Origin: Candidatus Kaiserbacteria bacterium
Lineage (GTDB): Bacteria; Patescibacteriota; Minisyncoccia; Phycocordibacterales; UBA2100
Length of the DNA stretch: 64,000 nt
Reading direction: 5' to 3'
NCBI GenBank assembly: GCA_021413775.1
Contig: JAIOPS010000021.1
Coordinates: 5,014 to 69,013, forward strand
In this document: in pieces, positions 55,124 to 64,000 of the stretch
How positions within the stretch are numbered: position 1 is the stretch's first letter
How the letters are laid out: each line of letters starts with the position of its first letter
Position numbers and translations under genes: made by a program
Notes under the pieces: model-generated
Told to the model about the DNA's origin: nothing
Database searches by the model: none
The model's input: the letters and a program-made list of their open reading frames with translations, nothing else

Positions 55124-55309
55124 ATGAACATGTTCAAGACGTTTTCGATGAAGTGGTGGCAGGTCGGCATTTTTAAGCTCTCTCTTCTCTCCGCGGGAGT
55201 CGCTATCGGCGCGTATTGGCCACAGGTATTCGCTCCGTACATCTCCGCTCTGGTTATTATCGCTGTCATCGCGGGACTCTACACGTGGTACACATGGTCG
55301 AAGGAGTAA
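55124..55309 (+). CDS. small two-TM membrane protein (61 aa)
   Basis: Hydrophobic hairpin peptide immediately upstream (30 nt) of the P-type ATPase gene, same strand. Confidence 0.3.
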   Translation: MNMFKTFSMKWWQVGIFKLSLLSAGVAIGAYWPQVFAPYISALVIIAVIAGLYTWYTWSKE

Positions 55310-55339
55310 CGCTCCGACAATACTTGATATAGTCTGAAG

Positions 55340-57988
55340 ATGTCACCGCACACGGACATGCCTGAGTTGCCTGCCCTTGATACTCCTTCTCCGTGGACAC
55401 GAACGCCCGCGGAACTGTTCGACCTGATGCGGTCTAGCGATCTGGGTCTCCTCGAAGAGGAGGCACTGCGTCGTCTTACACTTTTCGGGCCCAACGAATT
55501 TAAAAAGCGTAACAATACGCGCGTCTTGAAAGTCATTGCAGACCAGTTTTCGAGTCCGCTTATTTTCATGCTCATTGCCGCAGCCGGGATTACGGTCCTC
55601 CTGCATGAATGGGTAGAGACAGTCGTCATTGCTCTCGCGGTTATCGTGAACGCCGTGCTCGGCTTCTATCAGGAATATAAGGCCGAAAATACGCTCGACA
55701 AACTTACCGCCTACATCAAGGAGCGTACGCGCGTCATCCGCGCGGGAAAAATCCGCGAAGTGGAGTCCTCTGAAATCGTTCCCGGCGATGTCGTACACCT
55801 CACATTCGGCGCCCGCGTCCCCGCCGACGCACGCCTCATTTCCATCAATAATTTTACGGTTGATGAAGCGGTACTTACCGGAGAATCAATGCCGGTCCGC
55901 AAGAACACGGATGTGGTTTCCGGCGATGCTGCGGTGACCGAGCAGAAAAACATGATATTCGCCGGCTCAATGATTACGGAGGGGTACGCATCCGGAATCG
56001 TTACGGGTACGGGTGAACACACTGAAATAGGGCGCATCGCACGGCTCGTATCGGAGGTTTCTCAGGAAGCGACCCCGCTCCAGCAATCTCTTAGCCGCCT
56101 CGCATGGATTATCTTTTTGTGCGTCGTCGTCATTGTCTCGGGACTTTTCTTTCTGGGGCTTTCGCGCGGTGAGCCGCTGCTTGAGATGCTGCTTCTTTCC
56201 GTCGCGACGGCTGTCGGTGCGATACCGGAAGCACTCCCGATTGCGCTCACCGTTATTCTCGCCATCGGCGTAGAGCGCATCGCCAAGAAGAAAGGCATCA
56301 TGCGCTCACTGAGTGCAGCCGAGACACTTGGTTCGACGACACTCGTGATGACCGATAAGACCGGCACCCTCACCGAGGCCAACATGACTGTCACCACTGT
56401 GATGACGAGGGCGTTCGCTGTTTCCGAAGACCCCGTGATTCCATCGAATCTCCCCTCTCTTTCTCCGATGCAAAAGAGCATGCTCTCTTCCGCACTTCTT
56501 TCCACGGATGTTGTGGTTGAGAACAGTTCGGACCCGGAGGAGCATTGGCGTTATATCGGTCGCCCGCTTGAGACAAGCATTGCACTTGCGGCGAAAAGCG
56601 CGGGAATCAATATTCTTTCAGTCATGCAGGAAAAAAGGCAGGCGGTTCTTCCTTTCAATTCGACGAATAAATTTTCTGTAACGCTTGATAAGCACTCGAA
56701 GATTTACAGCGTGCTCGGCGCTCCGGACATACTACTTCAGCGGTCTGCCGTCACAAAAGACGAGTACATCGCTATCGAGAAGCGCATCCGCGACATCAGC
56801 GCGGCGGGCGGAAGACTCGTCGGTGTTGCGCGGTTCGCTCCGAAAAAAGTGAAAGACATCCATGTTCTCGCACCGGCTGATGTCCGCGACCTTGAATTCC
56901 TGGGGTTTCTCGTTCTGCACGACCCTGTCCGCCGAGAAGCAGGAGATGCGGTCCGCCGCATAGAATCCTACGGTGCATCAGTTGTGATGGTGACGGGCGA
57001 CCTCAAGGGCACCGCAACGGCTGTGGCGGAGTCCATCGGCTGGGGCATTACAGAGGCGAATGTAATGACTGGCGAAGAAGTCCGCCAGATGACGGATGCG
57101 GACATGCTCAAGAGACTCTCGAGCATTCGTATCTACGCGCGGGTTACCCCGGAGGACAAGCTGCGCATCGGGCGCCTCTATCAGTCCCGCGGTGAAGTCG
57201 TGGCCATGACAGGAGACGGCGTAAACGATGCACCCGCGCTCAAGGCTGCGAATATCGGCATCGCCATCGGCTCCGGAAGCGACGTCGCGAAAAGCGCCGC
57301 AGACCTTGTTCTCTTGGACGACAATTTTGAAACAATCGTTCTCGCCATAGAAGAAGGGCGTCGCATTATTTCAAACATCAGAAAGGCGTTCGTGTACCTC
57401 ATGTCGAACAGTCTTGATGAGGTTTTCCTCATCGGAGGCAGTCTTATTTTTGCGCTCCCTCTCCCCCTTTCCGCCATCCAGATAATCTGGGTGAACTTTT
57501 TCACCGGCTCTCTGCCCGCCCTCGCCTTCGCGTTCGAAGAAAACCGCGATGTCGGCCTCGGCCGCGGGACGCGCATCGGTATTTTCAATACGCAGGTGCA
57601 GGTCCTGACGATGGGAGTCGGCGTTGCGACCTCGCTGTTTCTTTTCGTCTTCTACTGGGCACTTCTCTCCGCCGGCGTCGAGCTCGCCACCGCCCGCACG
57701 GTTCTCTTCCTCTGTTTCGCGTCTTACATTCTCATTATCGCGTTCTCATTCAAGAGCCTCAATCGCCCCATCTTCACGTACCCGCTTTTTGACAACCGTA
57801 CCCTGAACATCAGCGTATTCAGCGCAACGGCGATTATTTTCGGCTCGATGGCGATTCCCTTCCTCAGAGAGATGCTCGGACTCGTTCCCATTTCGCTCAT
57901 ATGGGCGCTCTCAATCATTCTCTGGCTGGCATTCAATATACTTCTCGTTGAAACGACGAAGTGGGGCCTCCGGAAACTCGCACACTGA
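55340..57988 (+). CDS. P-type ATPase, type IIA/IIB-like (Ca2+/Mg2+-ATPase-like)
   Basis: 882 aa; Cation_ATPase_N-like N-terminus, TGES, PEALP (TM4), DKTGTLT, GDGVNDAPAL, 10 TM. Confidence 0.85.
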   Translation: MSPHTDMPELPALDTPSPWTRTPAELFDLMRSSDLGLLEEEALRRLTLFGPNEFKKRNNTRVLKVIADQFSSPLIFMLIAAAGITVLLHEWVETVVIALAVIVNAVLGFYQEYKAENTLDKLTAYIKERTRVIRAGKIREVESSEIVPGDVVHLTFGARVPADARLISINNFTVDEAVLTGESMPVRKNTDVVSGDAAVTEQKNMIFAGSMITEGYASGIVTGTGEHTEIGRIARLVSEVSQEATPLQQSLSRLAWIIFLCVVVIVSGLFFLGLSRGEPLLEMLLLSVATAVGAIPEALPIALTVILAIGVERIAKKKGIMRSLSAAETLGSTTLVMTDKTGTLTEANMTVTTVMTRAFAVSEDPVIPSNLPSLSPMQKSMLSSALLSTDVVVENSSDPEEHWRYIGRPLETSIALAAKSAGINILSVMQEKRQAVLPFNSTNKFSVTLDKHSKIYSVLGAPDILLQRSAVTKDEYIAIEKRIRDISAAGGRLVGVARFAPKKVKDIHVLAPADVRDLEFLGFLVLHDPVRREAGDAVRRIESYGASVVMVTGDLKGTATAVAESIGWGITEANVMTGEEVRQMTDADMLKRLSSIRIYARVTPEDKLRIGRLYQSRGEVVAMTGDGVNDAPALKAANIGIAIGSGSDVAKSAADLVLLDDNFETIVLAIEEGRRIISNIRKAFVYLMSNSLDEVFLIGGSLIFALPLPLSAIQIIWVNFFTGSLPALAFAFEENRDVGLGRGTRIGIFNTQVQVLTMGVGVATSLFLFVFYWALLSAGVELATARTVLFLCFASYILIIAFSFKSLNRPIFTYPLFDNRTLNISVFSATAIIFGSMAIPFLREMLGLVPISLIWALSIILWLAFNILLVETTKWGLRKLAH

Positions 57989-57993
57989 GCCGG

Positions 57994-58884
57994 CTATACT
58001 TCGAGACCCCGGAGAGCTGCGATACGCTCCTCCATCGGAGGATGCGTCGAGAAAAGTTTCGCGACCCACTGTCCCGCAGGGTGAGCACCGAACGGATTCG
58101 AGATAAACAGGTGTGCCGTAGTGGTAGACGCGCGCGTCATGGGCCTGGCGTACGAGCCTATCTTCTGAAGAGCGGCGGCAAGACCGTCAGGATAGCGCGT
58201 AAGGAGAGCGCCCGATGCATCAGCGAGGAACTCCCGTTTGCGTGAAATCGCAAGCTGGATGAGCTGCGCGGCAATCGGCGCGAGTATCATCGCGACAAGC
58301 GCGGCAATGAGAATGACGGGGTTTCTGTCGCGGTCACGGTCGCCCCCGAACATGCTCATGCGGAGCGCGATATTCGCAATCACCGAAATGAATCCGACAA
58401 GGACGACGGCGACCGTCATCACGAGAATATCCCTGTTACCGATGTGCGCGAGCTCGTGGGCGAGAACGCCTTCCAGCTCAGACCGCTCCATCATTCCGAG
58501 AAGACCCGTGGTAACGGCGATGACCGCATGCTCTTTATCACGACCGGTAGCGAACGCATTCGGCTGTGCATCTTCAATAATATACACACGAGGCTTCGGC
58601 AGGCCGGCGGTAATGGAGAGGTTTTCGACAATCCGGTGCAATTCTTTATACGTGGTCTCATCCGCCGGTTTCGCGCCCACGCTCGCAATTGCGACCTTGT
58701 CCGAAAACCAGTACGCCCCCACGTTTGAAATGAGTGAGAAACCGACTGCGATATAAAGAAGGCTCGTGTCGTTAAAGTATAACGAGAGTATCCATCCGAC
58801 CGCGATGACGACGGCAAGAAAGACCCCCATGAGGGTCCACGTACGGAATACATTCCGGCTCTGTTGTGTGTAGAGAGATGCCAT
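57994..58884 (-). CDS. htpX: M48-family zinc metalloprotease HtpX
   Basis: ORF 57994..59145; start MASLYTQQ at 58884. HELAHIGNRD zinc-binding motif; 4 TM. Confidence 0.8.
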   Translation of the reverse strand: MASLYTQQSRNVFRTWTLMGVFLAVVIAVGWILSLYFNDTSLLYIAVGFSLISNVGAYWFSDKVAIASVGAKPADETTYKELHRIVENLSITAGLPKPRVYIIEDAQPNAFATGRDKEHAVIAVTTGLLGMMERSELEGVLAHELAHIGNRDILVMTVAVVLVGFISVIANIALRMSMFGGDRDRDRNPVILIAALVAMILAPIAAQLIQLAISRKREFLADASGALLTRYPDGLAAALQKIGSYARPMTRASTTTAHLFISNPFGAHPAGQWVAKLFSTHPPMEERIAALRGLEV

Positions 58885-58964
58885 GGGCGCATTATACAGA
58901 AACGGGTAAAAAATAATGCAGCCCGCGCATAGCGCGGACTGCGGTGGCCGGAAATTCCGGACAC

Positions 58965-59498
58965 TTATTTTTTCAGTGCGCGCCTGAGCGCGCGCAGGGA
59001 GCGGTTCCACGGCCTTGCCGCTTCGATGCAGCGGATGTCGTTGGCGATTGTGCCGATAATCTCGTACCGGCAGATTTCCGCTGCGGTGACCCACTTGTAC
59101 TCGGTCGAATCGTTCTCCTCGAGCACGATGTCCCCGCGATGGCATTCCGCCATGAACCGGACCGCGATGACGCCGATGTTATCCAGCGGCCGGACGAACG
59201 CCGAGCTGCTCACGTAGTGCAGTCGCTTCAACTGCATGCGCGTCTCTTCGCGCACTTCGCGGCGCAGGGCGCGTCCGAGTACGCCGACGCTTTCGGGCTT
59301 ACGCTTGAGATGTTTCAGGTAATCCTTCGGCTCCAGCCCGCCCCCCGGAATAGTCCAGAGTCCCGGCCATTGCTTCCGCTCTTCAGAACGCTTCATCAGG
59401 AAGTAGAGTCGCGGTTGCCAGAACCACCGGGGCTCAACGTAGACGATGCACTGCACAACCACGCGGTGCAGCTCGCTTGGATGCACAGTATCAGCCAT
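58965..59498 (-). CDS. NUDIX hydrolase
   Basis: 177 aa; Nudix box GGGLEPKDY...LRREVREETRM (GX5EX7REUXEEXGU). Confidence 0.7.
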   Translation of the reverse strand: MADTVHPSELHRVVVQCIVYVEPRWFWQPRLYFLMKRSEERKQWPGLWTIPGGGLEPKDYLKHLKRKPESVGVLGRALRREVREETRMQLKRLHYVSSSAFVRPLDNIGVIAVRFMAECHRGDIVLEENDSTEYKWVTAAEICRYEIIGTIANDIRCIEAARPWNRSLRALRRALKK

Positions 59499-59547
59499 AT
59501 CGGCCTCCCGTTATGCTGCCGGGATGTATATCAGAGATACGGGGCTT

Positions 59548-61371
59548 TTACCAACTGCCGCCTCCCCCTCCACCACCGCCTCCGCCGGAGAAACCACCTC
59601 CTCCGGAACCCGATGCGGATACCGATATCGACGAGGTAAATGAGCCGGAAAATCCGTGCAAATCATGTGTGAAGCTTGTCGCGGAAAACGCCGTCATGTT
59701 GGCACCGCTGTACCAGGAGGGAGGCTGCACGTACACGCCTTCAAATTCTTTCGCCCATGCTTTCTCCACTCCGAACATGACCGCATACGGCAGGAGCGCC
59801 TCGAAAACTTCGGGACGCTTGTCGGGCGCATTGTGGAATTCGAGACGGTTCTTTTCGGCAATCTGCAGATAGTCTTTGAGGCCGAGCAGCTCTTCGCGCC
59901 GCAGCGCACCGTCCGGCGTTACGCGGGACATAAACAGCGAGGCGAACCCCGCGGCGACCGCTGCGACGGCAAATCCGAGCACGAGCATCCCCACGGCTGC
60001 GTGGTCAGTCGCCACGTCGGCGCTCATCATGAATCCCAGGAACGCGACAAACAATACGAATCCTGCCGACAGTCCGAGAATCATCTGATACTTCTTGCTG
60101 GTCCCGTCATAGAGACCTTTCGTCACGACGGAATCCTGCACCGTTTTTTTTACCGTCTGAAGCTGACTCTGAAAATGCTGCTTGTCGATGTCGGAAAGCA
60201 AAATCGAGCGCACGCCCGCGTCGGTTGTTGCGGCATAGAAAAGCGCTTCATATATATCCCTGTCGTGTTCATCCGCGAGGATTTTCTGTCCGCCTGTTTC
60301 GATGAGACGGTAGTCCGTCGACTTGAAAATGCCGAACGTCTTTGATGTCTCCTGGGAAATCTTAAGGCCCCCCTGAATCGCAATCGAGATGAGTTGCGCG
60401 GTTATGTCACGGCCCGTTATCTTTTGACGTACGAGGAGTGCCCCCTCTATCGGAGAGACATTCTCCGGCGGCTCGTAATACGGAATGATGGTTCCCTTTC
60501 CTTTCGGATCTTTGCCGTGCAACCACCAGGTGCGGAACGAAATGTATATACCCGCGAGCGCGACAATGAGTCCGGCCCACGGATATACGCCGCTCGGGAT
60601 GAAGCTGAAAAGAAGTATCGCTATGCCGATTACTCCGCGACCCGGAGCAAGCAGACCGTTTTCTATGCCCTTTGAAATACCGTCTACGGTCATCGTTTGC
60701 GCGAGCGAGGGAGTAAGAATCGGCACCGTACCTTTAGGGAATGCCGCCGCGACGGTCATCCCTTCTTTTTGTGCGAAACCACGACCTGAAGTGAAGTGCG
60801 CATCGACACCGGAAAAACCCGACGCACACGTTTCGGTCGAGCGCAAACCTCCCTGGTAGCACGATGCGGAGATGATACTCCCGGACGGCACCGTGATGCG
60901 CGCGGTAGCCGCATCAATCGGTACGGACCAGTCATTGCCCGTCGCGTTCCAATAGAGTTCGTCCCCATCTTTCAGCGGGATAATCGCACCCACTGCGTCG
61001 TACGTTATGACGTACAACTTCTCACCGCTGACCAGCGTATCCGGACTGCCGATGCGGATGTGTACGGTACCGCTGTTTCGCGTGACGTCGGTTCTGTACC
61101 CGCTTCCCGATGCGTCAGTTACCGAAATGTCCGAAATACCGAGCGTGCGTTTCTCCGCACCTTCCGCAAGAAAATCCGTCGGAATGTCGCGGTAGATGCC
61201 GTGCTTCTCCTCTGTGCCGAAATCATATCGGATGCTCTCGACAACATGCACGACACCGGTCGGCATGACCGTCAGCTGCGTATCGAAGGAGCGGATTGAT
61301 TCAGCGTATACGGCGAACGGAAGGAGCGCCGCAAGCGCGACAGGAAGGAGCGCAATACGGAGAAACCGCAT
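59548..61371 (-). CDS. DUF2207-domain membrane protein with C-terminal Gly-rich tail
   Basis: 607 aa; signal peptide, large extracytoplasmic domain, TM cluster, C-terminal GSGGGGFSGGGGGGGGGGSW; immediately downstream of lemA (typical LemA-DUF2207 pair). Confidence 0.65.
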   Translation of the reverse strand: MRFLRIALLPVALAALLPFAVYAESIRSFDTQLTVMPTGVVHVVESIRYDFGTEEKHGIYRDIPTDFLAEGAEKRTLGISDISVTDASGSGYRTDVTRNSGTVHIRIGSPDTLVSGEKLYVITYDAVGAIIPLKDGDELYWNATGNDWSVPIDAATARITVPSGSIISASCYQGGLRSTETCASGFSGVDAHFTSGRGFAQKEGMTVAAAFPKGTVPILTPSLAQTMTVDGISKGIENGLLAPGRGVIGIAILLFSFIPSGVYPWAGLIVALAGIYISFRTWWLHGKDPKGKGTIIPYYEPPENVSPIEGALLVRQKITGRDITAQLISIAIQGGLKISQETSKTFGIFKSTDYRLIETGGQKILADEHDRDIYEALFYAATTDAGVRSILLSDIDKQHFQSQLQTVKKTVQDSVVTKGLYDGTSKKYQMILGLSAGFVLFVAFLGFMMSADVATDHAAVGMLVLGFAVAAVAAGFASLFMSRVTPDGALRREELLGLKDYLQIAEKNRLEFHNAPDKRPEVFEALLPYAVMFGVEKAWAKEFEGVYVQPPSWYSGANMTAFSATSFTHDLHGFSGSFTSSISVSASGSGGGGFSGGGGGGGGGGSW

Positions 61372-61376
61372 GCGGT

Positions 61377-61937
61377 TTAGAACTTAACAGCGACCGGCTC
61401 TTTCGCCGCCTGTTCGTTCTCACCAAGCTGGAAGAAATCGCTTGCCTTGAATCCGAAGGTATTCGCGATGAGGTTGGACGGGAAAGATTGAATCTTAGTG
61501 TTCAACTCCATGACCACACCGTTGTAGAAACGGCGAGCCGCCTGAATTTTGTTCTCCGTGTCCGAGAGTTCACGCTGCAATTCGACGAAGTTCTCATTTG
61601 CTTTCAGGTTCGGATAGTTCTCGGAGACCGCAAAGAGCGATTTGAGTGCGCCGGAGAGCATGTTTTCCGCCTCCGCTTTATCCGCGGGCGTTGTGGCGCT
61701 CATTGCACGTGTGCGCATCTCGGTCACCTTCTCAAGCGTGCCGGCTTCGTGCGTCGCGTACCCCTTCACGGTCTCGACGAGATTCGGGATAAGGTCGTAG
61801 CGGCGCTTGAGCTGAACGTCGATATCGGCCCACGCTTCTTTTACGCGCGTCATGAGTGTGACGAAACGATTGTATGCACCGACCACCCAGAGAACGAGAA
61901 CCGCTGCAATTGCTAAAAGTACGTATGTTGTTGTCAT
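61377..61937 (-). CDS. lemA: LemA-family protein
   Basis: 186 aa; N-terminal TM then NRFVTLMTRVKEAWADIDVQLKRRYDLIPNLVETVKGYATHE, which is the LemA signature. Confidence 0.85.
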   Translation of the reverse strand: MTTTYVLLAIAAVLVLWVVGAYNRFVTLMTRVKEAWADIDVQLKRRYDLIPNLVETVKGYATHEAGTLEKVTEMRTRAMSATTPADKAEAENMLSGALKSLFAVSENYPNLKANENFVELQRELSDTENKIQAARRFYNGVVMELNTKIQSFPSNLIANTFGFKASDFFQLGENEQAAKEPVAVKF

Positions 61938-61970
61938 ATGGAAATACTATATCACCCTCCTCCCGCCGCG

Positions 61971-64000
61971 CTACCGCGAACCGACTTTCAGAGTCGCCCG
62001 CAGCGCCGTGAGAAGCTGCGTATTCTGCGCCGTCGTACCCGAGTAGTTTGTAATGCCGTATTGTCGTGCAAGCGTCTGTCGCGTCGCGAAGTCACTGGAT
62101 TTGCCCGCCTGACTGAGGAAGTCGGATACTGAGCCTCCCGTGTATCCGGAAGCCCCCGCGTACGCGCTTTCCGTCACGGCCGGTACCGCGGATGGCGCTG
62201 TTCCCGGGATGCCCGTGGTCCGTATCTGGTTCAAAAGCTGACTGTTCATGGCTGCGGAATCCTGCGTGGTCGAGATTCCGAATTCCGATGCGAGCTGCTT
62301 TCTGTACGCAAGAGAGGTCGGAAGGTTTTGCGAAGCGAGACAGTCAACAACAGAATTCCCCGGACACGAAACGGGCTGCGGCGCGGCAGCGGCAATCGGC
62401 ACGTCCGTTACAGGAGCCGGTTGCGCGGGAGACTCCGCGACCTGCGGCGCCTCTGCCGACACCGCCTGTTCAGGCTGCGCAGGTACCGCAGCAACATCTG
62501 CCGGTTCGGATGACGTAACGGGCACAGACGGTATGCCGAGTGCGTTGAAATCATTTTGAACAATCTGGTTCGGAGTCAGCTCCGTCGGTGACTGCGGCGC
62601 AAATGTTTCCGAGATCGCGGACTTGAATCCTTCTCCGTCGAACGTAATCATGCTCCACGCGAGACGTGATGAGAGCGGCTCCGGCGCAGACGGAGTCGCG
62701 GTATCGAGCGATGCGGGCGCGTCCGCAATCCGCGCCGCAAGGTAACGGGCCTCGTCGGCTTTCACCTGCTCCGGTCCGGGTAGCGATCCGTCCGCCGGAA
62801 CGTAGCTCACGCTCTCGCCGGTCGGCGGCGAAAGCGTTCCTGACATATCCGGCGCGGCATTCACGTTTGTAGGAGTGAACCCGTTTTGTGCACCGTCGGA
62901 AATTGTATTATCCAAAACCGAGCTGGGCTGTTCGACATACGTGCTCGGCGTTTGCGGATTCACGATATCGGACCACGCGGATTTAATTTCAGCGCCGTTC
63001 ATGGTCAGGAGTCCGTATCCGAGTCGGACTGCCGGCGGCTCGGGCTCTTGCGCCGCTTTCGGTGTCTCTGCCTCCGCCTGTGCGATACGGTCTGCATACT
63101 GACGATTTTCATCTGCCTTGATCTGGTCCGCTGCCGAGATTGCTCCCTCTGCGCTGCTGAATTCACGGCCCGTATCGACCGGTGCGAAATAATCCGTCGG
63201 GTCCGGTGGAACCGCGTTGAGCCCCGGTAGCGGACCTTCAACGCTGCTGAAAAGCGCGCTCGTATCAGTAAACATGTACGAGTAATCGGTCGGCGTCGGC
63301 ACCGCAGTTTCAACAGGAGCGTTCGTGACCGGCGTTATGCTCACTTGAATGAGCCCGCCTTGTCCTCCCAAGGCTTCGCGCGCCGCGGTCGAGAGGTCCA
63401 CGATACGGCCCTCACCTCCGTTGCTCGTCGAATCAAAGTAACGCGGACTGCCCGTGTCGTTTACTTTCACCGTGACCGTCGCACCCGGAGTACATCCCTG
63501 ACCCACGCAGGCGACGTTGTACTGACCGGGAGCGAGCTGGTTCGACGCTGCGGTAAGTTCAGACGAGCGGAATGTATCTCCGTATGCTGTTTTCTTTCCC
63601 TCGAAATAATTTCCGTCTCCGCACGAACCTTTTCCGTAGCACGATGCGATTCCCGTCACTGATTCTCCCGGCTCCAGCTGATCACCTTTCGCATTTGCGG
63701 ATGTAGAAAGAATATTATCGGTCACGTAATCGAGACCGCTGGCAATTTTCGTGCCGATATCCGACGCGGTACTTTTCAACCAGCTCGTTCCCGTACAGTA
63801 CCAACCGCATTGCTCGGCCCCCGCGTTTTGTGCCGAGACACTCTCCGGCTGCCGGAATGTATTTTCACCTGCTGTGCCGCCCGTAAATCCTTCACTTTTT
63901 ACTTCCGTGCTCTCCACACCGGGTACGGTCCCTCCACTGAGTTCAAACGTTTTACCGGAGAACGACGGGCCGTCGAAAAGAGATGCTGTATCGGGTACAC
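61971..64000 (-). CDS. RlpA-like (DPBB fold) envelope protein with Pro/Ala-rich linkers and two C-terminal ~50-aa tandem repeats; N-terminus beyond window end
   Basis: Frame stays open upstream of the listed start (GTG at 63917) to position 64000. DPBB/RlpA signature GIASCYG...KTAYGDTF...VKVNDTGSP...RIVDLSTAAREALGG. C-terminal repeats SVVDCLASQNLPTSLAYRKQLASEFGISTTQDSAAMNSQLLNQIR and SVSDFLSQAGKSSDFATRQTLARQYGITNYSGTTAQNTQLLTALR. Confidence 0.6.
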   Translation of the reverse strand, partial: VPDTASLFDGPSFSGKTFELSGGTVPGVESTEVKSEGFTGGTAGENTFRQPESVSAQNAGAEQCGWYCTGTSWLKSTASDIGTKIASGLDYVTDNILSTSANAKGDQLEPGESVTGIASCYGKGSCGDGNYFEGKKTAYGDTFRSSELTAASNQLAPGQYNVACVGQGCTPGATVTVKVNDTGSPRYFDSTSNGGEGRIVDLSTAAREALGGQGGLIQVSITPVTNAPVETAVPTPTDYSYMFTDTSALFSSVEGPLPGLNAVPPDPTDYFAPVDTGREFSSAEGAISAADQIKADENRQYADRIAQAEAETPKAAQEPEPPAVRLGYGLLTMNGAEIKSAWSDIVNPQTPSTYVEQPSSVLDNTISDGAQNGFTPTNVNAAPDMSGTLSPPTGESVSYVPADGSLPGPEQVKADEARYLAARIADAPASLDTATPSAPEPLSSRLAWSMITFDGEGFKSAISETFAPQSPTELTPNQIVQNDFNALGIPSVPVTSSEPADVAAVPAQPEQAVSAEAPQVAESPAQPAPVTDVPIAAAAPQPVSCPGNSVVDCLASQNLPTSLAYRKQLASEFGISTTQDSAAMNSQLLNQIRTTGIPGTAPSAVPAVTESAYAGASGYTGGSVSDFLSQAGKSSDFATRQTLARQYGITNYSGTTAQNTQLLTALRATLKVGSR

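Noticed and set aside
59477-59872. Poly-proline ORF (PPPPPPPPPPEKPPPP) on plus strand
   Set aside because: It is the antisense of the Gly-rich C-terminal tail (GGGGFSGGGGGGGGGG) of the DUF2207 protein; low-complexity artefact.
1-64000. CRISPR arrays, transposases/IS elements, integrases, phage genes
   Set aside because: No regularly spaced direct repeats, no transposase/integrase-like translations in the six-frame track; the only repeated structures are the palindromes described in the findings.

Overview
High-GC (~58-60%) bacterial chromosomal segment with dense, mostly housekeeping coding and no identifiable transposases, phage genes or CRISPR arrays. Features recognised from the sequence: (1) A minus-strand purine operon, purL(with N-terminal PurS-like extension)-purQ-[P-loop AAA_28 protein]-purK-[low-GC hypothetical]-purE-purM-purC-purB, running off the left window edge. 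(2) A folate/thymidylate cluster with divergent folA and a co-oriented CYTH-dcd-thyA-glyA run. (3) A minus-strand alpha-glucan/sugar cluster GT4-GH57-GH15-PGI/PMI-ROK, with a divergent HAD-IIB phosphatase. (4) An envelope redox module: Met-rich membrane peptide, then DipZ-like CcdA/thioredoxin fusion, then Cys-rich HYR-repeat surface protein. (5) Two XRE-HTH plus small-membrane-protein pairs, a NitT/TauT-type ABC transporter, hisS, a bacterial SET-domain protein, four tRNA genes (Phe, Arg, Gly, Ser; none encodes CCA), lepA, murJ, an RNase P RNA (rnpB) with its own sigma70-like promoter and intrinsic terminator, a class II (B12-type) ribonucleotide reductase with ATP-cone, two paralogous cyanophycin-synthetase-like ATP-grasp ligases, two P-type ATPases, htpX, a NUDIX hydrolase, and a LemA/DUF2207/RlpA-like envelope cluster that runs off the right edge. 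The most unusual items are a ~310-nt highly structured intergenic element with nested perfect inverted repeats immediately upstream of nrdJ; the CYTH triphosphatase embedded with dcd-thyA; the Scs-like Met-rich peptide/DipZ/HYR-adhesin module; and a P-loop protein inside the pur operon. All calls come from reading the translations and sequence by eye; no database searches were run.
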